A stretch of DNA of 64,000 nt, from NCBI GenBank assembly GCA_000091205.1, contig AP006483.2. One strand, 5' to 3'. The number at the start of each line of letters is the position of its first letter. The first letter of the stretch is position 1. Origin of the DNA: Cyanidioschyzon merolae. Taxonomy: Eukaryota. The position numbers and the translations under genes are program-made. This document shows positions 54,484-64,000 of the stretch, one piece after another. The notes under the pieces are model-generated. The model was not told where the DNA came from. It saw nothing but the letters and a program-made list of their open reading frames with translations, and did no database searches.

Positions 54484-57271
54484 GGTTTGTTAGTGATGAA
54501 AATGAGATGCGGGCTTCGGAGCGCAGACCGCTGCTTCAAGAACAGATGTGGGAGCAACAGCGTAACGATGAGACGGCACCCCACAGTCACGATCGGATCG
54601 TGATCGGGTGAAAGGGCACTCATCCTGACGTGGTGAACCAAAATCGCTCCGCGAGTCATGAAGCGTACTGCAATAGTGATTAATATAGCTATAGCTATGA
54701 CCTACTTCGGATCGAATGCGCCAGAGTATGCTAAAATCGGTCGTCCGTGAGTGTAGAGCATATGTGCGGCCACTGCATATAGCGTATCCGCTCTGGAGTG
54801 TACGCGAAAGCGTTCAGAATTAGGGACATTTATTGTTGAATCTCATCGTGGGACCTGGTACTGAATATGAAATGCATCCGATTCTTTTGCTCCGGCCGTG
54901 AGACAGATGCATGGAATCAGGATTTCCCTGGTCCCTAGGAGCTGCCTGGGTACAGGGGATGCTACGAGTGCCCTCTTCCGAATTTGAATGGATTCTACGA
55001 GTTGCAGAGCGGTCTCTCATGTTATATTAGTGGGTCGTACCTTCCGGGCAGTGCGCTAGGACATGTCATTAGTCTGCGACAGCCGAGCGACAGCCATCGA
55101 GTGGCGAGCTAGAAGAAGCTAGACTACTACGGCACGGTGCTGACCAACACAGCCTTCCCCGTGTGTACTGGGAAAGCGGTGCCGAAGAGGAGCAACGTAG
55201 GTCGTGTTTGAACACCGCCACTACGGCGAGGAAACGGGATTTACCATCTCCACAGATTTTACCCTTTCGAGGCAGATTCTGCCAAGAAGGCGAATCGTCA
55301 AATTGAAGGATGATTTCAGCTTTCAACTTCTACTCTGGGGGATTAATTGCGAATATCTAGTTGCGAGCATGTATTTAGCTTCTGTTTCCTTTTTTCTTTG
55401 GATACAGTAGGGCAAGCAGCTGAACCACGCAAGCAGCCCGCATGTTAGATTGCGAAAAATATTGCAGAAGCTGGATCGTAGCATGAAGAAGCTCTAAACT
55501 CCAGAACGCGCCTTCACATGCGAGGAAATCCAAATAAACCCCGATGAATCCGTAGCAGCGAGCCATCGAACACAGAACAATGCGAGAGGCCCAAGGAATG
55601 GATCATGGCTCCGCTCACTGACAGAGCCGGTGATCGTGCCTCCCGCGAATCATTGGACAAAAGAGAACAAGGAATCCAGGGCAATATGTCTGGGGAGAGC
55701 GTTCAAGAAGAAAGGATATGTACTGGGCAATGTGCTGTATGAAAAGCACATTGCGAAACAGGTGCTGGCATCATTGCCTGAGCACGGTTGAAGTTCGAGA
55801 TAGAATTTGTCCGTAGACTTGGTCGCCAAGTCTCGCTGTTTGCTCGATAACTATGCGGAGATTTTCGTGGATCCTGCTGGGAAGACTGTCGGATCGCCAA
55901 AGGTATATATGGTACTTATAAAGTGCCCGCTACTCAACTAAACAGTTACGGAACGACGCCTCTGGGAATACAATTGTTTATGATGCTAGGCACCGTCTTG
56001 AAAAAGCAGCTACACATTCAGCGACTCTGATCAAGCAGGCAAACATGATCTGATTTCAGTTTTCGAGCCCCAGACGTTGGATCATTGTCTTGGCTGCTGC
56101 CAAAAGACCAATTCAGACTAGAGCATTTTCAAAGTTCAACAAGTTCCCACTCCGAAATGCGAGCATGGATATTCATTGGTGTCATGACGCCCTTGGCGGG
56201 TTACGGATCGAGGCCGACATTCATGTAGACAGTGTCATCTGCAGCAGCAGAGCTCTCTTTCCGGGGAGGGGATGTAAAAATACACTCCACGGAGGATTTT
56301 TCGGTAAATTGGATGAAACGTGAGGAAGTCTCCGATTGTGAAAGTATTCTACGCGGATCATTGGTCTGCGCCAGCCCTGCAAATGCATGGTGATGCAAGG
56401 CTTGCCAGCGGCAGTTGAAATACATGCTCAAAGCTTACGCCGAATAAGGTTAGATGAAGAAGTGACTTACGAGTTCCCACTTCGTGGGTTGATAGCTGAA
56501 GCATGGGTACGGACATGTGCGGGTGTTTTCGAGCAACGAGGGAGGGTCCCGAATCAGAGACCACATTCCTCGCGAGCAATATTGTTTAGTATTCCTCGCA
56601 ATAGAAACATTGGAGCTCACTAGTTAATGTTTCTTATCTAAGACAAATACCAATGGTACAGACCTACATAAACCTCCCAACTACTCAGCTTGGCTGTCAC
56701 CACGAGAACAGGACTGCAACACAATAAATCTAACACGGAATATTTCCACTACAATCGTCTCCCTAAAATATAAAATAGAAAATACGCCTTAGAGATTCAT
56801 CTGCCTTTCAGGTGGAAGACGAACCTCAGCAACCGATAGTTCGTTATTCGCTATCCTTCTTACCCCAAGCCATAGTCTGTTGAGCCCTGCTGACTCGCAC
56901 CTGGAAGGAGCAGTACTCGGGAGTTACTCATTCCAATGAAATCCCACTAGCCTATATATAGCTTTCAGTACCTCTCTCAACTTGGATATTTCGGACTATG
57001 AACCCCGAAATCCCTACGTCCGTTACGCTCCAGTCTCGACATCAACGTGAATTCTTCATCGCATCATGATGACTCCAATTCAAATTCCTCTGCAGTGCGC
57101 GCGCGCGTTTCGCGTTTTTGGCGCTATCACGTTGTGCGTTGTTGTTTTGGCTTTCACAAAACACGGCGGTTACGTTCGTGTTGACCATAACGAAAAAACA
57201 ATAGTGAAGAAATATTCACGCAAGAAAGAACAAATATCCGTATTTATTGGACTGAGAGAGCATCGAACGAG

Positions 57272-60007
57272 ATGTTTCGTGCTCGCTCTCTGGTACGTGC
57301 CCTGGGAGTAGCTGTTTGTCTATTGTTGGCGGCGACGTTTTCCGTTTCGCTTGTGGCTGCGTTGTCGCCTGTGAGTACGGTTAGCTGGACCTGGATAGGT
57401 GGAGAGACGGGTGTCAATAATCCTGGTAATTATGGAACGCTGAACCAGACTTCAGCAGATAGTGTTCCAGGAGGCCGTTCCGATTCAGCAGCCTGGGTCG
57501 GAAGTTCGAGCTTGGTATACTTGTTTGGCGGGCTTGGGTATGGAAACCCATATCTGAGCTACTTTAATGATCTATGGACCTTCAACTTGACCTCATATGA
57601 ATGGACGTGGATAGGAGGTTCCTCAGAAACCGACCAACCAGGAGTGTACGGCACAGTCGGCACAGGCAGCCCAAATAGTATACCCGGCAGCCGTTACGGA
57701 AGTGCGTATTGGCAGACGGACGAGCACCATTTTTGGTTGTTTGGAGGACTCGGCTTCGATGTGAACGGTAATCAGGGCGAACTGAACGACATGTGGCGGT
57801 ACGATACTGAAACGGGAATCTGGACGTGGTTCAGTGGGAATGATACTTTTAACGCCAATCCAGTCTATGGACCGAAGGATATCTACAGTCAAATTTACAA
57901 CCCCGGAGGCCGAGGTAGCGCGGCATTCTGGCTAGGCGCGGACGGTTTGTTTTGGATTTTTGGTGGTGCGCGTATTGCGTATGATCTTCTGTCAGATCTC
58001 TGGTCATTCAACCCTGTTACATTCGAATGGGCATACAGAGGCGGATCACAACTTGTTAACCAGCCTGGTAACTATAGCGCACCTGGCGTGGCGAGCAACT
58101 CAAATGCCCCAGGTGCGCGCGGCTTCTCGCATACGTGGACAGATTTTGAAGGAAATCTCTGGTTGTTCGGCGGCTATGGCTACGGAAACAGCACAGCACT
58201 AGGGCAAGGCGAATTGAATGATCTCTGGGTCTACAACATAAGCCAATCCGTATGGATTTTTATCACAGGGAATACCACTATTAACAATCCAGGATCATAT
58301 GGAAATCTCGGTGCTTTCTCCCCAACCAGTTACCCAGGTGCAAGATTCTCAGGCGTAAGTTTTGTGGATCCTTTGGGTAATCTACAGCTGTTTGGCGGTG
58401 CGGGACTCGCCAATACAAGCGAATCCTTTGGCAATTTGAACGATCTTTGGGTATTTGATATCACACTTGGTCAGTGGGCGTGGATCAATGGAAGCCAAAG
58501 TGTGGATGCTCTTTCAGTATATGGAGTTTTGAACGAATCCGACCCGAGTGTTGTACCTGGTGGTCGCTTTGGACCAGCTTTCTGGAACACCAGTGGGACT
58601 GATCCGCTCATATTTGGTGGAAGTGGATTCTCGAACACGAGCAGAGGTGGCTTTCTCAATGATGCCTTCGCTTTGAGAGAAACGTTCTTTACGCCTACCT
58701 CTACGCCTACGCCAACATCAACGCCAACTCTGACACCTACAATTACGGCAAATGCTACTGCGACCCCGACACCCACGCTGACACCTACACCAGTCTGCAC
58801 CATTGAGATCTGCGGCTCTCCAGGACAGTACACCAACCAGGACGCTTGCGAGCAAGTCGGATGCTGCTTCAACTCCCAGACAAACGCGTGCACCCTGAAG
58901 AGCGTCTCAGTGGCGTGCAGCGCTGTTCCAGTGACGCAGCGCGTCCCCTGCGGCTGGAGCTACATCTACCCCGACGAGTGCACTGCGATACCGGGATGCT
59001 GCTGGCAGCCCACAGCGAACGGCATCCTCGCGCCCTGGTGCTACTACGACATCAACCATGCACCGCAGGCTTCTGTAGCGCTGCAGGAGGTGCAGGCACC
59101 AGTACCCGTCTGCCCGTCACCGGGAGCGCAGCGCCAGCCGTGCGGCAACGCGGGTATCAACCAGTTTACATGCTATGCCCAGGGCTGCTGCTACGACTCG
59201 CAGGCGCAGAACCAGTGGGTGCAGAACGGCAAGCAGCAGAGCGACTTTGAGTCGAACCCGTACTGCTTCCAGCCCGAGAAGACGTGCGCGGTGGGCGAGT
59301 TTGAGCGCCAGCCGTGCACGAATGCGGTGAATCAGAACCAGCAGCTGAACAATAACATCAACAATAACCAGTTTGTGCGTCTGCTGAACACGCTGCTGTA
59401 CGGAGAGCAGCATCGGACGCAGCGCACGAGCTACTCGCCGCAGCAGTGTCTGGAGGCTGGTTGCTGCCTGGGGCTCGGCAACGAGTGCTTCCAGCCGATG
59501 ACCGAGTACGTGTGCCAGACCTACGGGTACGTCTCGAACTCGCTGAGCGGCACGACCGGCAACGTGTCGAACTCGAGCTATATTGCTTGCGGCCCCGAGT
59601 GCTGCAACGCCGAGACGCAGAACTGTACGTACAACCCCTTCAGCAACAACAACAACCAGCAGCAGCAGCAGCAATTGCAACAACAGCAACAACAACAGGT
59701 GCTGCTGCCGTCATTCTGTGTGTGCAAGGACCCAACGAAGCAGTGCGGGACGTACCTGATCCCTTCGGATAACCTTGTGAACAAGGTGCGTTGCTGCCGC
59801 GCTGACGAGGAGTGCATCAACAACCAGTGTGTGGTGATTAGTCCAACACCGACTCCGAGTCCCGTGGCTGTGACAGCGACACCCTCTGCGACGGTGTCTG
59901 CAACAGTCTCTGCGACAGCTTCTGCGACGGTGTCTGCGAGTGCATCAACGAGTGCATCAGCGAGTGCTTCAGTTTCAGCTTCTGTGTCGACGTCTGCGAG
60001 CGCCTAG
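57272..60007 (+). CDS. Secreted protein: signal peptide, six Kelch/galactose-oxidase-like propeller blades, Thr/Pro linker, four trefoil (P-type) domains, poly-Q/N and Ser/Ala/Thr-rich C-terminus
   Basis: MFRARSLVRALGVAVCLLLAATFSVSLVAA signal. Repeated NDLW.(F/Y)..........W.WI.G blades. TPTSTPTPTSTPT linker. Trefoil consensus R/QxxCG........C...GCC(F/W/Y)........WC(F/Y) four times (e.g. RVPCGWSYIYPDECTAIPGCCWQPTANGILAPWCYY). Confidence 0.7.
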   Translation: MFRARSLVRALGVAVCLLLAATFSVSLVAALSPVSTVSWTWIGGETGVNNPGNYGTLNQTSADSVPGGRSDSAAWVGSSSLVYLFGGLGYGNPYLSYFNDLWTFNLTSYEWTWIGGSSETDQPGVYGTVGTGSPNSIPGSRYGSAYWQTDEHHFWLFGGLGFDVNGNQGELNDMWRYDTETGIWTWFSGNDTFNANPVYGPKDIYSQIYNPGGRGSAAFWLGADGLFWIFGGARIAYDLLSDLWSFNPVTFEWAYRGGSQLVNQPGNYSAPGVASNSNAPGARGFSHTWTDFEGNLWLFGGYGYGNSTALGQGELNDLWVYNISQSVWIFITGNTTINNPGSYGNLGAFSPTSYPGARFSGVSFVDPLGNLQLFGGAGLANTSESFGNLNDLWVFDITLGQWAWINGSQSVDALSVYGVLNESDPSVVPGGRFGPAFWNTSGTDPLIFGGSGFSNTSRGGFLNDAFALRETFFTPTSTPTPTSTPTLTPTITANATATPTPTLTPTPVCTIEICGSPGQYTNQDACEQVGCCFNSQTNACTLKSVSVACSAVPVTQRVPCGWSYIYPDECTAIPGCCWQPTANGILAPWCYYDINHAPQASVALQEVQAPVPVCPSPGAQRQPCGNAGINQFTCYAQGCCYDSQAQNQWVQNGKQQSDFESNPYCFQPEKTCAVGEFERQPCTNAVNQNQQLNNNINNNQFVRLLNTLLYGEQHRTQRTSYSPQQCLEAGCCLGLGNECFQPMTEYVCQTYGYVSNSLSGTTGNVSNSSYIACGPECCNAETQNCTYNPFSNNNNQQQQQQLQQQQQQQVLLPSFCVCKDPTKQCGTYLIPSDNLVNKVRCCRADEECINNQCVVISPTPTPSPVAVTATPSATVSATVSATASATVSASASTSASASASVSASVSTSASA

Positions 60008-61189
60008 GAAGCAGCGACATCTTGAGCTCCACGGACTGCGTTGGCGGACGTGTCAACTGTTAATTTGCTCACAGTCTAGATCACGTCTATGCTGATACTC
60101 TGTTGCGACAATATTCCACTCATGTTCACAAGACCCGAGAGTACGAATGAACGAATGCGTTAATGCGGATAAATGTGCGCGGAGTGTCATCTGAGGTCCT
60201 CTTCGGGGACTGACATTCAGAGATCAGATGAACAGAAAGAATGGACCAGAATTTGCTTTTGGAACGTAAAGGAATGATTACCTCTGCCTATGAGCTTGCC
60301 CCCGATGATAGCCTTGGTGGTAATGGCGGTATATTGGTACCCTTTCTTCTCTTTGTAGTCAGAATACGGTTTCCGAGTTGCATGTAGCGAGTGTGTCTGC
60401 AGTAGGGCGTCTGGAACTGTTTTTTTAGTTTCGTTGTACTTGAGCACATTCTAGTCCTGAGGAGCGGTTCTGGAGCAAGTTTGACTCGATCCGTACAACC
60501 GCAAATTTCACCAAAATCCGATTCCTCTTGAGGAAAAGCTAATATTCGTGACGCCTGCATACGGGCTCCGGCTCCGCTTGGCACGAATGGAAGCAGGGCC
60601 GCCAGCCTCACAGCGCACTTATAGCTTGTTCTGTCGGTCGAGGCATCGTCTCGATATATTCACCACTGTTGCCTACCGTTGCTCGTAGGCTACGTCAATA
60701 AAACCGTCTGAAGTGTTGTGCTGATTTCCGGATTATGTTTATGTCTTGTACACTAGAAAAAAAACGAGAACGAAGTGGTGGTAAGCCGTGAAGACGTAGA
60801 TGCGCAGTTACCGTTACTCGGTCCAGAGGCACACCATGCCAGGCAGTCACATCCTGGGACGAGCTGTACGCTATGTAAGCATTAGCACAGCACCTTGAGC
60901 ACAGCTGGAGGCATTCTAGAAGCGGCCAGTATCGATTCTAAACAATTGATCTTGTTCTATATCATTGCAAACAAATTGGTAAACGGATCCGTTGCTAATA
61001 AATGGACACAGGGCCCTCGGAAGATAGATAAACGACAAGGCAGCTGATGATGTATCGAATACAGAAGAACTCGAGTTGCCCATTTTCCACATTTTCTGTC
61101 ACATCAGTCCTGTTACAGCCATGGCAGCGATATCTTCACGAAAAGCATCAACTATTACCACATATACTCTAGGTACTCTTCGCAAATAC

Positions 61190-61370
61190 GGTCTGAATAA
61201 GCGACGTAACGCGCCCGCACCGAACGCTTCTCAAACGACGAACGTCGCCGCCGGCCGTGTACGGTAGTGGAGGGAAAACCGCGCCTTGGACAAATCGTCT
61301 CCAACTGATGTGCAGACGCCCCCCGCCTTTCTCGACGAGCCACCCACTACTGCTTCCAACTTCTTCTCAT
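61190..61370 (-). ncRNA. Candidate omega-RNA scaffold region of copy 2 (homologous to 12690-12852)
   Basis: Conserved with the copy-1 3' tail. Contains the local hairpin CGTCT-N13-AGACG. In copy 2 this region is also open in the protein frame to a TGA at 61231. Confidence 0.25.
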
Positions 61371-63559
61371 ATAGTTCGACTTTGAGAGGTTGTCCAATAA
61401 AATCCTCTTGTGTCCACTCTGGAGGTCGTTTCTCCAGCACCGCACATCTCCGTATATTGATAGCGGCATGAAAATCTCGGTTCACGAACTCCATACATTT
61501 CGTGCCGTTGGGAGCTGTACTCACCAATACGAGTAACCCTTGAACTTTCGCCTTCCTTTCCATTTGCTCCTCCGCCAGCGGTCCGTACTTTTGCAATTTC
61601 CTCAGCGCTCTTCTGGCACTTTTCCATCTCCACCCTCTGAAGCGTGCAGCCCAGTTCTTGGTATGTATAGGACGTCCGGAACTCATATACAGGTATCGTA
61701 ACGAGACGCCGGGCGCACTCCTTGTACAGCTTCGTCGCTGGAGCTGGCGTAGTTCCTTTTCTGTTCTTCCAGCGCCCTGCTCCATACGCTTCTACGAGCC
61801 TCTGACGGTCATCCCCCTCAAAGGCGCTCAACTGATTGAAAAAATTCGCAAACGCCCGCTGCTTCACACCGTATAGATTCATTCGCAGACGAGCCCACCG
61901 GGGCTTTCTATACTCCTCCCACAGCGCATCCCAATGGGCAACACGAAATTCCATGAATTTCCGAAAAGCTTCATGGACCGCTCCGCGGCTCGTCGCCTCG
62001 CTCAAAGCTTCCAGGTGATGCTTTATTCCTGCATTCCACGTAACGATTATCATCCTTGCATTCACTACAACGGATTCTCGATAGTATCTCGCTCTCGAGA
62101 ATCTCAGCAGACGCATGTCTTTCTGGCGTAAATTACCGTCCATGCCATCTTCCGCACGCTTCGGTGCTGCGATGGTGATGATATTCGTGTTCCCAGGATC
62201 CGCGCCAACCACAATGTCTTTATCCTGCACTTCCTGTGTGGCAGGATCCGCCTCTTTCTTTCCTTGATGCTTCGTCGCGTCAACCATAAAGTCGTTATCC
62301 TGCACATTCTGTTCGGCAGGATCCGCCTCCTTCTGACCTTCATCCTTCACCGCGCCAACGACACGGTCGTTATCCTGCACTTTCTGCATCACAGGTTCCG
62401 CCTCTTTCTCTTTTTCATCCTTCACCGCGTCAGCGACAAAGTCGTCATCCTGCACCTCCTGTGTCGCAGGATCCGCTTCTTTGATTTTTTAATGCTTCGC
62501 AGAGGGCGAAGCGAAAGGCACAATCGGACGGTCCACTTTCAAGCGCCGATAGTGTACATACAAGGTTACTCCATCGGTCTCGATCAACGCAGTGAATACC
62601 TTTTGGCTTCTCACTTTGAGCCGTTTGAAATTGTAGATGTTCTTCAAGTACGTCGCCCGGTTTTCACCGGTGAAGTCATCCCTGCTAACAGTGAACACTG
62701 GACTGATCTCCTTCATGATGCCGTAAAACACGTCCGAATCGATATTCACGAAATGTGACTTGATGCTGCACATTGGAACCACGTTGAAGCGCTTACCCAT
62801 TAGGACAGCCTTCCGTCTCTCCCAATCTTCTTTTTTTTCTTCACTCAGCTTCATCTCCGCATTTCGCTCGAGTTCTCGGTCCAGAAACACGAAATAGCGC
62901 AGAATAAGACGATAGTATCTTTCCTTATCTTTTTTCAACTCTGATGTCTTGTATGTTGGATTCGCCGGCCCCAAGATTGCACGGTGCTCTTGTATAACCG
63001 AATGGATTACAGAAGTATCATTCGTGCTGTCGTTAAACGCCTTCGTGTCGACGAATTCGACATCACCTTCATGCTTGCGATCGTTCTTGATGCCATTGAT
63101 AATCACCTATACTCCTTTGCGAGAGACGCCCGGGTAAAGTGCAAACACGGCGCGTATCATGAAACGTTCTAGGTTCATTGTCAAATGGTTCGTCAGGTTC
63201 GTGAGGTTCTTCATCTCCCCATAGTCGTAAATACTCCGGTCCCCCTTGTATCGAGTACCCTCGAAGCCGTAAAAGGGATGTTTTTCGTGGAGGGCATGAA
63301 CCCGCTCGTTTTCCTCCCGCGCTTCCACTGTTGCAAGCATCAGGTATCGAATAAAGGTCTCGTCGAATAACTCGTCCAGAATCTCGACCGTTTCCATGTA
63401 CGTCACGTCGCGATACATATCCCTCGCAAAATGCATCAGCCCTGACCATGCCTTGATAATACTCTTGGAGTACGAGTCGACACGTTTTTCGATAGCGTCT
63501 CGCAAATTTTCCCTGTAAGGATGCTTGATATGATTAAGAAGACAGGCTTTCACCATCAT
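61231..63559 (-). pseudogene. Fanzor/TnpB-like RuvC endonuclease gene, copy 2: in-frame TAG (63107-63109) and TAA (62489-62491), frameshift between the Zn-ribbon remnant and RuvC-III, degenerate N-terminus
   Basis: RuvC-I IVVGADPGNTNIITIAAP. TS/Zn remnant YEFRTSYTYQELGCTLQRVEMEKCQ. RuvC-III FVNRDFHAAINIRRCAVLEKR sits in a different frame from the upstream core. Stops align with sense codons in copy 1. Confidence 0.6.
62193..62487 (-). repeat. 4 x 75-bp tandem repeat inside Fanzor-like copy 2, encoding 25-aa units that duplicate the RuvC-I beta-strand region
   Basis: atcctgcac recurs at 62222, 62297, 62372 and 62447 (75-bp period). Units encode KIKEADPATQEVQDDDFVADAVKDE / KEKEAEPVMQKVQDNDRVVGAVKDE / GQKEADPAEQNVQDNDFMVDATKHQ / GKKEADPATQEVQDKDIVVGADPGN. 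Copy 1 has a single unit. Confidence 0.75.
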
Positions 63560-64000
63560 CTCATTCTACAGTCATCTTTCCCGCCGCCTTCGACCTAGGG
63601 CCTCCCGCTTTCGGTTCTTCTTCTTTTCCTGTTCTTCTGGACTCGGCTCTGTTTTTTGTTTTTATTTCTGGCAGCAGGCGACACTGGGCCTCCGGGATCG
63701 TCGACTTGCTTTTTCATAGCTTTTCTTTTCATTTTTTTGTGTGAAAAAGAACGCTCTTTGAACCCTTCTATTATATACTGCGAGAAATCAATTGAATATG
63801 TTTACTTGAGGGTTGAGACACAATCGAACTGGAAACTATGATTTGTTACGACTTCCACGCAAATACAGCTTGCCCGTTAGAACATCAAGAAAACGTGTCG
63901 TCACGGTCGCGTTTCTCTTCGAAGGCGACAGATGCGTCGTGTCTCGCAAGTGCCATACTTGGAGATGCACGTATCGAGCGCGCCATACAGGAAAAAGGAC

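Larger units (their letters stand above)
61190..64000 (-). mobile_element. Fanzor/TnpB-like element, copy 2 (diverged paralog of the 12.7-15.3 kb copy; 5' side runs off the window)
   Basis: Nucleotide and protein homology to copy 1 across 5' leader, ORF and 3' tail. Homology still present at position 64000. Confidence 0.6.

Overview
This 64-kb window looks like nuclear DNA from a GC-rich, intron-poor eukaryote with CAG/poly-Q/poly-A low-complexity tracts. A light-dependent protochlorophyllide oxidoreductase gene (53.4–54.5 kb) suggests a plastid-bearing or algal lineage. Using the standard code, most long ORFs are recognisable single-exon housekeeping genes: tandem CCCH zinc-finger protein (TIS11/TTP family), ribosomal protein eS7, DnaJC2/zuotin, WDR44-like WD40 protein, CKS1, Tim22/Tim17-family translocase, RNF11-like RING-H2 ligase, SAC3/GANP-domain protein, ATP23 peptidase, syntaxin-6-like SNARE, PEMT, retinol dehydrogenase-like SDR, importin-11-like karyopherin, CDC20/CDH1 (C-box and IR tail), DIS3/RRP44, the POR gene, and a secreted Kelch-propeller protein with trefoil (P-type) domains. 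TGA and TAG both act as genuine stops at the expected C-termini of several of these genes. The standout content is two diverged minus-strand copies of a Fanzor/TnpB-like RuvC nuclease element (OMEGA-type, eukaryotic IS200/605 relative) at 12.7–15.3 kb and 61.2–64.0 kb. Both carry RuvC-I (GADPG), a degenerate TS...C...C zinc-ribbon remnant and RuvC-III (VNRDFxAxINI) motifs. A conserved 3' tail extends 150–200 bp past the reference stop codon in both copies; I read it as a candidate omega-RNA scaffold. Both copies are interrupted by in-frame TAG/TAA codons, four of six aligning with Tyr codons in the paralog, and by frameshifts at A homopolymers. Copy 2 also has a 4 x 75-bp tandem duplication that multiplies the RuvC-I strand. 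Other points worth a second look: the RNF11-like RING-H2 gene has an in-frame TGA exactly where the first zinc-ligand Cys belongs (selenocysteine candidate, pseudogene or error); the POR gene has a +1 frameshift in an A4 run; a tRNAi-Met-derived pseudo-tRNA lies upstream of eS7; gene spacing is extremely tight in places (WDR44 stop to DnaJC2 ATG is 18 bp, in frame; RNF11-like and SAC3 stops are 11 bp apart); and there are two unexplained tandem duplications (1.2–1.4 kb, and 30.27–30.52 kb).
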